Assembly (NCBI GenBank): GCA_944391495.1
Contig: CALXTU010000006.1
Coordinates: 5,174-69,173, forward strand
DNA length: 64,000 bases
Origin: an uncultured Alphaproteobacteria bacterium
GTDB lineage: Bacteria > Pseudomonadota > Alphaproteobacteria > RF32 > CAG-239
Direction of reading: 5' to 3'
This document shows positions 18,416 through 27,468 of this stretch, one piece after another. A model generated the notes under the pieces. It made no database searches. It had not been told where the DNA came from and was given only the letters and a program-made list of their open reading frames with translations. Both the position numbers and the translations under genes were made by a program. Position 1 is the first letter of the stretch; each line of letters starts with the position of its first letter.

Positions 18416-19012
18416 ATGACAAAAAACATTATTTCGGAACTGGTCTGCACCCGCCTCAGCCACGATATTGCCGGCAGCATAGGCGCTGTTGCCAACGCGG
18501 TTGAGCTGCTGGAGGAAGGCGATCTTGACTTTTTGGACGATATTAAATCCGTCTTGAAAACCAGTTCGCAGAATCTGGCCGCCCGGATGAAATTTTTTCG
18601 CATGGCGTTCGGACTGGACAACGCCTTGCTTGATGATGCCGCATTGGTGACGCAGACGGCGCAAAATTATCTGGCAACTCTGGGCAACAAGGACTATCCG
18701 ATATCTTTGTCGCTGCAGGTTTCTGCCGCAAGCGGGCGCAAAACGGCGCTTCTGATGATTATGGCGGCGGCCGATCTGCTTATCCGCGGGGGACGAATTA
18801 ACGTTTTTGAAAACGGCGGGCAGCTGGTGGCCGAGATTGCCGCCGACGGTAAAATTCCCGAAGAAAAATATGCCAAAATGCAGCATGCCGTAACCGGAGC
18901 GACTCCGGAAGATGCCGACGCCGCGTTTGTGCCGCTGTATGCTCTGGCTGAAAGCGGACACAAGCCTTGTTTTTACAGGTCTGAAAATATTATTCAACTG
19001 GTGACGGAGTAA
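18416..19012 (+). CDS. chpT: histidine phosphotransferase ChpT
   Basis: 'ELVCTRLSHDIAGSIGAVANAVELLEEG' matches the ChpT phospho-His helix (RLCHDL.sP.gAi.NglELL). ATG at 18416 follows GGGAAG; the track start at 18389 is TTG. Confidence 0.7.
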   Translation: MTKNIISELVCTRLSHDIAGSIGAVANAVELLEEGDLDFLDDIKSVLKTSSQNLAARMKFFRMAFGLDNALLDDAALVTQTAQNYLATLGNKDYPISLSLQVSAASGRKTALLMIMAAADLLIRGGRINVFENGGQLVAEIAADGKIPEEKYAKMQHAVTGATPEDADAAFVPLYALAESGHKPCFYRSENIIQLVTE

Positions 19013-19015
19013 CCA

Positions 19016-19396
19016 ATGCCCAACTGTCTTATTGCCGACGATTCAAAAATCATGCGGATGCTGCTGACCAAGATTATGGAAAATTTCGGTTATACGGTCA
19101 GCGAAGCCGAAGACGGTGAAGATGTTCTGGAACAATGCGGCCGGAATATGCCGGATCTTATCATCAGCGACTGGAATCTGCCGCTGATTGACGGTATTGA
19201 CGTTTTATACAAAATCCGTTCCGATAAAAAAGCGGTGCAGCCTGTATTTATGTTTTGCTCTTATATCAAAGACGCCGACATCATCCGCCAGGCGCTGGCC
19301 GGCGGTGCCGATGATTTCATCATGCGCCCTTTTGACGAGGATATTATTGCCTCGAAACTCAAAATCATAAAAGTTTTGCGGGGAGTACAACAATAA
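19016..19396 (+). CDS. single-domain response regulator (CheY-like receiver)
   Basis: 'LIADDSKIMRMLL', 'DLIISDWNLPLIDG' (phospho-acceptor Asp) and a conserved Lys in 'DFIMRPF'. Confidence 0.85.
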   Translation: MPNCLIADDSKIMRMLLTKIMENFGYTVSEAEDGEDVLEQCGRNMPDLIISDWNLPLIDGIDVLYKIRSDKKAVQPVFMFCSYIKDADIIRQALAGGADDFIMRPFDEDIIASKLKIIKVLRGVQQ

Positions 19397-20304
19397 TGCG
19401 GCGGCTTGATTTTGAATTTTTGTTGGATCTGCTCAAAGAAAATGCCGGCTGGGAATTTGACGAATCGCAGTACTTTATTATTGATAAAAAAATATCAAAC
19501 TTCATCCGCGAAAAAGGCTATGATTCGGTTGACGACCTGATTTTGGAGCTGAAAACCGGACGGCGGCCGCTTATTGCCCAGGTTGTTGAAGCCATGGCTT
19601 TTTCGGACACGGCTTTTTTCAGAGATTTTGACATTTTCTACCGGTTTCAGCATCTGCTGCTGCCGCTGTTGAAAGAAAAATGCCGAGCGGCCAAAAAACT
19701 CAATATCTGGAGTCTGGGCTGCTCGACCGGACAAGAGGCTTATTCCATTGCCATTGCCGTAAAGCGGGCCAACAAGATGTTTGCCGACTGGGAAATCAAC
19801 ATTCTGGGATCTGACTTATCATCACTGGCTATCAGTAAGGCTCAACACGGCAGCTATAATAATTTTGAAATCCAGATGGGGCTTAACGCCGCCACGATTT
19901 TGGAATTTTTTACCTACGACAACGAACAATGGACCATTCGCGAAGATATCCGGAAGATGATTGAATTCAGACGGTATAATATGCTGGAAGAAGCAATCGT
20001 CAAATCGAAATTTGAAGTCGTTTTTTGCCGCAACGTGCTGCGTTATTTTTCTGCCGAGCATCAAGACGCCATCTTGCGACGCATCAGCGAAAAACAGCCT
20101 CAGGGCGGTTATCTTTACCTCGGCAAAAACGAACATATTCCGGCGGTTGAAAAATATTACTATCGCCTTGATCAAAGCAGCGGCGCCTATATTGCCAAAG
20201 GAATCGGCAGCGCGCTTAACATTAACAGCGGCCGTCTGACCGATGAAATTCCCGAAGAGCCGGCAATGCCGAGTTTTGTACGGCCGAGCAGCCTGATCAG
20301 ATAA
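19396..20304 (+). CDS. cheR: chemotaxis protein methyltransferase
   Basis: 'TAFFRDFDIFYRFQHLLLP' and the SAM motif 'LNIWSLGCSTGQEAYSIAI'. The ATG overlaps the upstream stop. Confidence 0.85.
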   Translation: MRRLDFEFLLDLLKENAGWEFDESQYFIIDKKISNFIREKGYDSVDDLILELKTGRRPLIAQVVEAMAFSDTAFFRDFDIFYRFQHLLLPLLKEKCRAAKKLNIWSLGCSTGQEAYSIAIAVKRANKMFADWEINILGSDLSSLAISKAQHGSYNNFEIQMGLNAATILEFFTYDNEQWTIREDIRKMIEFRRYNMLEEAIVKSKFEVVFCRNVLRYFSAEHQDAILRRISEKQPQGGYLYLGKNEHIPAVEKYYYRLDQSSGAYIAKGIGSALNINSGRLTDEIPEEPAMPSFVRPSSLIR

Positions 20305-20323
20305 CGAAACAGCTTTTAAACCA

Positions 20324-20357
20324 CAGACGGCAGATAATTTTCATTATCTGCCGTCTG
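20324..20357. terminator. strong hairpin between convergent cheR and Cys-rich gene A
   Basis: Perfect 15-bp stem 'cagacggcagataat'/'attatctgccgtctg' with a 4-nt loop. The flanking T-runs are weak. Confidence 0.6.
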
Positions 20358-20386
20358 AAGCTTTCGGTTAATAAGCCATATGCTAA

Positions 20387-21532
20387 CTACTTAGCCCATA
20401 ATGACAGCCAACCGTCCCAGCAACCGCCCTCGCAGGCAAAGTTATAATACTTTTTGTCGGTGCGGCAGCCGGAAGGCATACGGCAGACTATTTGTTGCGA
20501 ATTGTCTTCATGCTTCTGCACGGTATAGGTGTAATTAGTGCTATCGTCGGTTTTATATGTCGTCGAATTACTTGCACCCATATTCGCCAGTTTATATCCG
20601 TTTGAGGTATTACAACCGGTAACCTGGTAACAGGTATGTGTTCCGGCTGAAACACCGGTTGATACAAAATATGTGCTATCCGGCTCTGAAGATGAGCAGA
20701 AATAGCTATTGTTGCTCTGCGCACCGCTGAGACACCCGTTAACCTTACGACACGTATAACCGGAAGCTGAGTGCCGCTGGGTGCTGACATCAGCACAGAC
20801 AGGAATATCATTGCCGATGCAGTCACCCTCACCGCTGCAATCTCCGGTAAAACAATAGACCGTACTCTTACCTTCACCGATAAGAGATAACGTCGGCGTC
20901 GCTCTTGTTAAACATGAGAGATCTTCACCCGGTGCGGAAGTTTGGCACTCGGACGGCAGATCATATGAAACGACACAAGCCAAAGAACTTTCGGTAAACG
21001 GCGATTCGGTCTTATAGGTAATTCCATAAGTCGTCTCCTCGGTTGTACTTTTATAAACATGATAACCGTCGGCGCAAGTAAAGGAATCTTTCTTATAGCA
21101 TTTTACCTTGCTGTCCTCATCCTCATAGACCTCCGGGGTATTAAAATATGTACCGACATTCTTAACACTTGCCGTGCTGATATAGTCTTTGGCACAGGTG
21201 CAGGCCGTATATTTTGGGGTGCCGCCGATAGAACAGGCCTCGCCGCTGCCGGTGATTCCTTCACTGGCACAGGTATATTCATATTTGCTGTCGCAGTGAC
21301 AAGCGTAACATTGGGTACCGTCCATCAGGGTTTGTTGTTTGGTACAGATGGCATTAGCCTGGATACTGTCAAACCAACCGTAAGCTTTGCAAGTCTGATT
21401 AAATGCCTGTTTGCCGTCATCGGTTATTGTCATATTATATTCGTTAATAGGTGTTACTTTTGCCTGAGCCGAAGATATCGTCAAAATGCCCAGCAGCAAA
21501 AACATTCCCGTTTTTATTGATATTGCCGCCAT
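20387..21532 (-). CDS. cysteine-rich secreted protein, paralog A (no known family)
   Basis: Likely ATG at 21532 (RBS AAAGGA). Signal peptide 'MAAISIKTGMFLLLGILTISSAQA'. About 27 Cys and a repeated C-x-K-V-x-G-C-x-x-G motif. The N- and C-termini are shared with the 21741-22871 protein. Confidence 0.75.
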   Translation of the reverse strand: MAAISIKTGMFLLLGILTISSAQAKVTPINEYNMTITDDGKQAFNQTCKAYGWFDSIQANAICTKQQTLMDGTQCYACHCDSKYEYTCASEGITGSGEACSIGGTPKYTACTCAKDYISTASVKNVGTYFNTPEVYEDEDSKVKCYKKDSFTCADGYHVYKSTTEETTYGITYKTESPFTESSLACVVSYDLPSECQTSAPGEDLSCLTRATPTLSLIGEGKSTVYCFTGDCSGEGDCIGNDIPVCADVSTQRHSASGYTCRKVNGCLSGAQSNNSYFCSSSEPDSTYFVSTGVSAGTHTCYQVTGCNTSNGYKLANMGASNSTTYKTDDSTNYTYTVQKHEDNSQQIVCRMPSGCRTDKKYYNFACEGGCWDGWLSLWAK

Positions 21533-21564
21533 TGTCGTAATCCTTTCGTTTGTTACCCCGGAGT

Positions 21565-21589
21565 GTTGCAAAAAAGGTTCGTTTTTTTG
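21565..21589 (-). promoter_or_regulatory. conserved 5' leader hairpin element of paralog A
   Basis: The minus strand reads 'caaaaaaacgaaccttttttgcaac'. The same element lies upstream of paralog B. Its internal stem is caaaaaa/ttttttg. Confidence 0.4.
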
Positions 21590-21698
21590 TTACCATTAAT
21601 TTAATTATATCATCAAAATATTAAAAAAACAATAACTTTAGATATACCGCAATGTTCAAAGGATTTTTTCGACCGGTGTTGTGCTGTGTTTATCGCGG

Positions 21699-21724
21699 CA
21701 AAAAAACGAACCTTTTTTTGCAAC
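21699..21724 (+). promoter_or_regulatory. conserved 5' leader hairpin element of paralog B
   Basis: The plus strand reads 'caaaaaaacgaacctttttttgcaac', the mirror image of 21565-21589, about 17 nt upstream of the ATG at 21741. Confidence 0.4.
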
Positions 21725-21740
21725 GGCGGGAGAATTAAAG

Positions 21741-22871
21741 ATGCTGAAAACACGATATATTTTTGGAGCGGTTATGTTGTCATGCCTGATGACAATATCG
21801 GCTCAGGCAAAAGTAACACCTATTAACGAATATAATATGACAATAACCGATGATAAGCAACAGGCATTCAATCAGAGTTGTTCTGCTTACGGTTGGTTTG
21901 ACAGTATCCAGGCTAATGCTATCTGTACCCAGCAAACCCTGATGAACGGTGCCAAATGTTATGATTGTCATTGTGACAGCAAATATAAATATGCCTGTGC
22001 CAGTGAAGGAATCATCGGCAGCGGCGAGGCCTGTTCTATCGGCGGCACCAAAAAATATACTGCCTGCACCTGTGCCGAAGGCTATATCAAAGAGGCTGAG
22101 GTTACTAAAAATCTGACCTCCATCAGCTATCCGCAACCCTCGACAGGTGATGATAAAACCACGTGTTATAAAAAATCCGCCTTTGCTTGCAATGCGGGCT
22201 ATAACAAATTTACATCACATCCGGCCTCTCCTTATGTCACATACACCACGGAGTCGCCGTTCAGCGACAAATCATTGCAATGTGTCACCGATTATTCCAA
22301 TACCGGCGGCCGATACTTTAAAGCTGAAAACCGCCCGGCGAATACAGACTGTTTGGAAACGAGCAGTATCAGTCTGGACCTGTTGCCGTCTTCGATAGAT
22401 CTGTATTATTTCAATGGTAATTGTTCAAGCTCAACGGGATGCACCACCACCAAGAAAGATTGTGTATTGTATAATGATCAGACGGGAACAACCAATAAGG
22501 GCGGCAGTGTTACCTGCAATAAAATAAGCGGCTGCCAGTCGGGTCTTGTCGGCAGCTATATCTGCGGGATGACGGAGGCAGACAGCAATTATTTCACTTC
22601 CGAAAAGGTTACGGACGGAGATGCCATTTGTTATAAAGTCAGCGGCTGCAAGACCGGCAGCGGTTATGAACAGGCGTATATCGGAACATCGCCGGCCTCC
22701 GATTATACCACCAAATCGGGGAGCAATTATACCTACACCGTTAAAACACACACTTCCGGAAGCGCCAGTTTGGTTTGTCGTACACCTTCCGGCTGCAGCA
22801 CCGGTTATTACAACTTTGCCTGCGAGGGCGGTTGCTGGAACGGCTTGTTGTCTTTATGGATGCCGAGATAA
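21741..22871 (+). CDS. cysteine-rich secreted protein, paralog B (no known family)
   Basis: ATG at 21741 follows GGGAGA. Signal peptide 'MLKTRYIFGAVMLSCLMTISAQA'. The Cys scaffold and termini ('KVTPINEYNMTITDD...', '...YYNFACEGGCWNGLLSLW') match paralog A. Confidence 0.75.
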   Translation: MLKTRYIFGAVMLSCLMTISAQAKVTPINEYNMTITDDKQQAFNQSCSAYGWFDSIQANAICTQQTLMNGAKCYDCHCDSKYKYACASEGIIGSGEACSIGGTKKYTACTCAEGYIKEAEVTKNLTSISYPQPSTGDDKTTCYKKSAFACNAGYNKFTSHPASPYVTYTTESPFSDKSLQCVTDYSNTGGRYFKAENRPANTDCLETSSISLDLLPSSIDLYYFNGNCSSSTGCTTTKKDCVLYNDQTGTTNKGGSVTCNKISGCQSGLVGSYICGMTEADSNYFTSEKVTDGDAICYKVSGCKTGSGYEQAYIGTSPASDYTTKSGSNYTYTVKTHTSGSASLVCRTPSGCSTGYYNFACEGGCWNGLLSLWMPR

Positions 22872-22888
22872 GGAGCTCCTTATTTTAG

Positions 22889-22917
22889 AAAACCACGCAC
22901 CAAGTGCGTGGTTTTTT
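22889..22917. terminator. bidirectional rho-independent terminator
   Basis: 'aaaaccacgcac caag tgcgtggtttttt': a GC-containing stem with an A-run and a T-run, between convergent genes ending at 22871 and 22919. Confidence 0.8.
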
Positions 22918-22918
22918 G

Positions 22919-23416
22919 TTAAACAAAACAGGTCAGCCCCGCAGTGATCCGTTCAATATCATCTAAAGTTTCTGCCGGCGGCTTTGTAAAGTCCAAACAA
23001 AGCCCAGGCGAAATGTATCCGGCCGCGGTACGGCGGTCATACAGACAAAACGGCGTTGAAAACCAGTGCAGATATTCTATGCTGTCGTCAATATGCAAAT
23101 TGACGCGGCAGCGGCGGCAAAATTCGGCTTTGGCCATATTCCACAAATACTCGGCGACCTCAAAACCGCCGTCCGGTCGCTGTTCTACCTGCCCCAAGGC
23201 CTGATAATAATCGGCAACGGCAAACAGAAAATCATAGCTGATGTCAGCCGCCGCCAAATATTGTTTCACTTTTACCGCCGGACCACCGGTGATGATATAA
23301 ATCCGATGACCACACTCCGTTGCCAGCCGACAAAAAGCTGCAAAATATTCCGGTCTTTGATCGACAACGCCGTGATAGTCCAAACCGAGTTTCAGTTTTT
23401 GACTATTCATCGGCAC
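22919..23416 (-). CDS. small HAD-like hypothetical protein
   Basis: 'LGLDYHGVVD' degenerate HAD motif I and 'IYIITGG'. It overlaps the upstream AsmA-like gene by 14 nt. Confidence 0.45.
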   Translation of the reverse strand: MPMNSQKLKLGLDYHGVVDQRPEYFAAFCRLATECGHRIYIITGGPAVKVKQYLAAADISYDFLFAVADYYQALGQVEQRPDGGFEVAEYLWNMAKAEFCRRCRVNLHIDDSIEYLHWFSTPFCLYDRRTAAGYISPGLCLDFTKPPAETLDDIERITAGLTCFV

Positions 23417-26400
23417 CCCCGAAATTATCCCGCCATAAATCTTTGATCGAATTCGGACTCAGTGCCGACAGCGGATTAATACTGATTTCCGGATTTTCCG
23501 CCGTGCCGCCGATTTGATAGTTCACGGCAAAAATTGTGCCGTCGCGGCCGCTTAAAAGTGTGCCGACCAGAGGTATTTTGCCCAAAAAGCTGTTCAGCCC
23601 GTAGGCCGGCGCAATCATACCGCGAAAATTGATGTTGCCGCTGTCGCTGTTGTAGCGTCCGCTGCCCGAAATACCGATGACACTGCCAAAGGCTTTGGCG
23701 TTTTGCAAATTGAGCTCCGAATTTTTATAGGTAAACGGTGCGTCAAAATGCGTAAACACAATGCCGTCACCCGACAACATATCGACAATGCCGGTGAAGG
23801 ACGCCAAGGTCAGCAGTTTGGCAAAAATATTGGTCTTAACCAGGTTGAAATCCCGCGCCTTGATATGGCCGACAAAGCTTTTGTCCGCATTGCGCCGGGC
23901 GCTGATGTTTAGCTGCCCGCCACGGACATAATCGTAAAGATGTAGAAATTTCAGTGCTGAACCGGCATCGTTACTGTCGATATTCAGCAAATATTCCTGA
24001 TTGGGGCGTTGGTTGTAGTCAAGCTTGATGTAAGGTTTGGTCTTTGACTTGCGCTGGTTGGATTTGAAGTTGCCGACAATGTGCATATCCTTAATTCCGA
24101 TCTTGTTCTCAATCCTGGCGGTGCCGGCAAAATTGCTGACCGCAACCTCGGCATTGGTCCACAACTGATCAACGGCAATGTTGATGTCGGTATCCGGGGT
24201 TGAATCCCACATATTGTCGTCGCTGCCGGAAGAAGCCGGTTTGGTTTGGGCTGACGAAGACTGCGGTGCCGTGTCTTTGGCCGCAAAAAAGTCTGACAAA
24301 TCATAAGACGAGCCGGAAACAATCACTTTGACATTTTCGCGGGGCGTATAGCCGATGTTTATCTTGGCGCGAGCATGCGTTTTCGGTCCTTTGATGTTGG
24401 TTATGTCTACTTCGGACACCCTTCCCTGATTATCAAGGCTGATTTTGCCGTTGACTTTGAAACCGGGCTTAGACAAGCTGAAAGACGGAACGGCTTTGAT
24501 TTTGTCGCCGATGATATCAAGCTGGGCAGTGATTTCACCATTGATTCCGGCCTCCTTGGTCAGCCCCAGAAAAGCGTAGTCGATGACCGTATCGCGCAAG
24601 TTGCCGTGGGCGTCGACAACCGTTTTGTCATCGGGGTAAACCGTGATAATCGCCCGAGCCGGAATCGAGCCCTTAATATACGGGGCAGACAACGCGGCAA
24701 ACTGCAGTCCGAGTTTTTCTTTGAAAGTTTCATCAAAATTAAAACTAATCTGGTAACGACGCTGATACTCGGGCGAATCAAACTTCTCGTCCCAGACCAA
24801 AGACAACGGCAAACCGTCTATGCCGGCGACACCGGATATGTTCATTTGTTCATTATCTAAAACCAGATTGAGCGTTTTGGCCTCTATTTTTTTGTCTTTG
24901 ATGACATCGCTGATAACGACATCCCGCAAAACCGCATCAACATTTACCGCCACGTCTTCCGGTTCAAGATCGTTCCGCAGCTCAAAGGCCAGTTTCAGGT
25001 CGGCGACGGCGCTGCCTTTTATCGAATCGGGGTTAAGCCCCATCTGGCTCGGATATTCCAGCGGTTTATGGTCAATCAGCTTTAAAATATCGCTAATGGA
25101 GCCGACGGCATTCAATTCAAGCTTGAGAAAATTGTCATATTTATTCAGATCATACAAATCAACATAGCCGCGGTTGAGCACAACGTCATCTGATTTACCT
25201 TTGGTAAAGTCGATACGGATATTCTGCTCGCTGAAAACCGCCCGGCCGTTAATTCCCGTTACTTTGGGCATATCGTTTAAGTACCAAAGCGTTGCGCCCT
25301 CAATATCGGCCGTACCGGAAAGCTTTTTGAACACGATGCCCTTTGTCTTTGTGTCATAGCCGAAGTCAAAAGCAAAATCACCGTTTTTAATCTCGCCATC
25401 GAACAGGCTTTCCCGACACCACTCCCAGGCATCGGTGCCAAAATATCGCGGCCAGTAGCGTGTCAGATCATTGGTCGGCAGGCGGCCTATTTTGGCCGAC
25501 AGTCTGATTTGCAAATCCTTCAACGATGCCTGACGCAAATATTCCTTAAGCCCTTTAACCTCAAGCCCCAGCGAGGCCTGCTGGCCGCCGAGGTTGAGTT
25601 TGGCATCGGTTATTTTGATTTGTTCAAGATTGCCGCTGATTTCACCGTTTAAGATCAGACCGCTGATGTCATAGTCCTCAGCCTCGGAATCCGAAAACCT
25701 GATTTTGCCCTTTTCGCCATTGAGCTCAAAGGCAATCTTATCAATAATCTTTTCGCTGTTTTGCAGAATATCGTCTTTATAGGCGGCAAAATTGCCGACA
25801 TTGAGAACCGTGTTGACATTGCCATGCAGCGGAACACGGACATTGTAAAAGCTTTCCGAGGCGCCGGCGGGTGTTATCAGTTGCAGTAAATCGGCCGGTA
25901 TCAAATCAGAGAAGTAAAATTCAAGCTCCGCCGCGGCGTCAGAATAATCATAGGTAACGGCCATGCCCAAAGACGACGTATTGTCCGCAAAGGGCATTAG
26001 AGCGTTTATTTCCGTCCGCAGACTGCCGAAACCGCGGTCAAAAGAATAGTTCACATCACTGAAACGCCACTTTTTGCCGAAATCAACCTCCAGAACCTCA
26101 ACGTCCGCACGGGTTATTTCTATCGTATTGATATAGCTCTCGGGATAAGTGTTGTCCTCGGAATTGAAATGCTCCCAGAAATCTTCGGCCTGATCAATAT
26201 AATATTCCAGCTTTTTGCGGCTGATTTCTTCGGAATCTTTCTCGTCGGCCAGTCCGTAACGCCGGAAAATAAATATCTGCGGGCGGTCAACTTCTATAAC
26301 ACTGGGCGCAATGATGCCCCGCAACAGCGCCCGGAGGCTGAAAGACAAAGCTACCCGCGGTGCGGTAATGGTGATTTCACCCTCTTTTTTATAAACAACG

Positions 26401-26645
26401 TTGCCGGCAATAATCCGCAACGGCTGAACCGAACGCACCAACTCCAGATTAACGCCGTCAAGCGTTACCTGATAATCGGTATCTTCATGATTGAGTGCCC
26501 TGATGATATACGGTTTCAGAAACGGCAGCGCAATCGACCCGCGGTACAACTGCCAGATAAACAACAACAGCCCCACCAGCAGCACAACGCCGGTAAAGTC
26601 TGCTATTTTGCGCAGGGTATAATTGCGATTACTCAGTTTCTTCAT
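23403..26645 (-). CDS. large AsmA/YhdP-like (DUF3971-type) membrane-anchored envelope protein
   Basis: 1080 aa with a single N-terminal TM ('FTGVVLLVGLLLFIWQLY'), a long beta-rich body, and a C-terminal 'GTLLSGRDGTIFAVNYQIGGTAENPEISINPLSAL' typical of AsmA-like C-terminal regions. Confidence 0.55.
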   Translation of the reverse strand: MKKLSNRNYTLRKIADFTGVVLLVGLLLFIWQLYRGSIALPFLKPYIIRALNHEDTDYQVTLDGVNLELVRSVQPLRIIAGNVVYKKEGEITITAPRVALSFSLRALLRGIIAPSVIEVDRPQIFIFRRYGLADEKDSEEISRKKLEYYIDQAEDFWEHFNSEDNTYPESYINTIEITRADVEVLEVDFGKKWRFSDVNYSFDRGFGSLRTEINALMPFADNTSSLGMAVTYDYSDAAAELEFYFSDLIPADLLQLITPAGASESFYNVRVPLHGNVNTVLNVGNFAAYKDDILQNSEKIIDKIAFELNGEKGKIRFSDSEAEDYDISGLILNGEISGNLEQIKITDAKLNLGGQQASLGLEVKGLKEYLRQASLKDLQIRLSAKIGRLPTNDLTRYWPRYFGTDAWEWCRESLFDGEIKNGDFAFDFGYDTKTKGIVFKKLSGTADIEGATLWYLNDMPKVTGINGRAVFSEQNIRIDFTKGKSDDVVLNRGYVDLYDLNKYDNFLKLELNAVGSISDILKLIDHKPLEYPSQMGLNPDSIKGSAVADLKLAFELRNDLEPEDVAVNVDAVLRDVVISDVIKDKKIEAKTLNLVLDNEQMNISGVAGIDGLPLSLVWDEKFDSPEYQRRYQISFNFDETFKEKLGLQFAALSAPYIKGSIPARAIITVYPDDKTVVDAHGNLRDTVIDYAFLGLTKEAGINGEITAQLDIIGDKIKAVPSFSLSKPGFKVNGKISLDNQGRVSEVDITNIKGPKTHARAKINIGYTPRENVKVIVSGSSYDLSDFFAAKDTAPQSSSAQTKPASSGSDDNMWDSTPDTDINIAVDQLWTNAEVAVSNFAGTARIENKIGIKDMHIVGNFKSNQRKSKTKPYIKLDYNQRPNQEYLLNIDSNDAGSALKFLHLYDYVRGGQLNISARRNADKSFVGHIKARDFNLVKTNIFAKLLTLASFTGIVDMLSGDGIVFTHFDAPFTYKNSELNLQNAKAFGSVIGISGSGRYNSDSGNINFRGMIAPAYGLNSFLGKIPLVGTLLSGRDGTIFAVNYQIGGTAENPEISINPLSALSPNSIKDLWRDNFGGADE

Positions 26646-27468
26646 TGTTTTGCAGCCATTGTAAAATATCGCGGTAATTCTGATGCTTATAGAGGTCGGA
26701 ATGACCGGCGCCGGGGTAAATAATCATATTCTTCGGTCCGTTGGCCGCACTGAACAGAGCCTCGGCACGCGCCGGCGGAACAACTTTATCCTCCGCCGCG
26801 GCCATAACCAGCACCGGAATTTTTATCCGTGCCAGCCAGGAGGCATTTTCGTATTTGTCCTTGACCAGAAGATCAAACGGAAATACCGGCCAAAAGCGTT
26901 GTTTGACGACATTGAAAACACTGTCAAACGGGACTTCCAAAATCAACGCGGCAAAAGCATCGTCCTGCCCGCGGCGAAAGACCGTGTCAACCGCCATATG
27001 GCTGCCGAGCGACATACCGTAAATAATCATATCCGAATTCCGGTATCCTTGCGTATGCAGATAATCAACCGCCGCTAAGGCATCAGCCTCCAGGTTGCTC
27101 TGCCGCAGCTCGCCCGGTATACCGCCAAACCCGCGGTATTCGCCGATAAAGGCACCGTATCCGGCTTTGACCAACGGTATCAATTTATGATAAAAGGCCT
27201 CAATATTGTAGGCATTGCCGTGGAAATAAACCACAATTTTCCGCTCTGCCGACGGTTTAACAAACCAGCCGTATAATTCGGTGCCGTCGGCCGAACGATA
27301 GTGTACCTCCTCCGCCGGAAAACCGGCCGCAACCGCCGCCGCAATATCCGAACGCTCGGCCGACGGATGATAAAAGAACCGCTGCGGGCAAACATACACC
27401 GCCGTACAGAATGCCAGATAACCGACGACGGCTAAAGCCGCCGCTATTTGCAATATTTTCTTAAACAC
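26629..27468 (-). CDS. membrane-anchored alpha/beta hydrolase
   Basis: N-terminal TM, 'HGNAYN' oxyanion region, 'GMSLGSHMA' GxSxG nucleophile elbow, and C-terminal 'GAGHSDL'. Confidence 0.75.
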   Translation of the reverse strand: MFKKILQIAAALAVVGYLAFCTAVYVCPQRFFYHPSAERSDIAAAVAAGFPAEEVHYRSADGTELYGWFVKPSAERKIVVYFHGNAYNIEAFYHKLIPLVKAGYGAFIGEYRGFGGIPGELRQSNLEADALAAVDYLHTQGYRNSDMIIYGMSLGSHMAVDTVFRRGQDDAFAALILEVPFDSVFNVVKQRFWPVFPFDLLVKDKYENASWLARIKIPVLVMAAAEDKVVPPARAEALFSAANGPKNMIIYPGAGHSDLYKHQNYRDILQWLQNNEETE

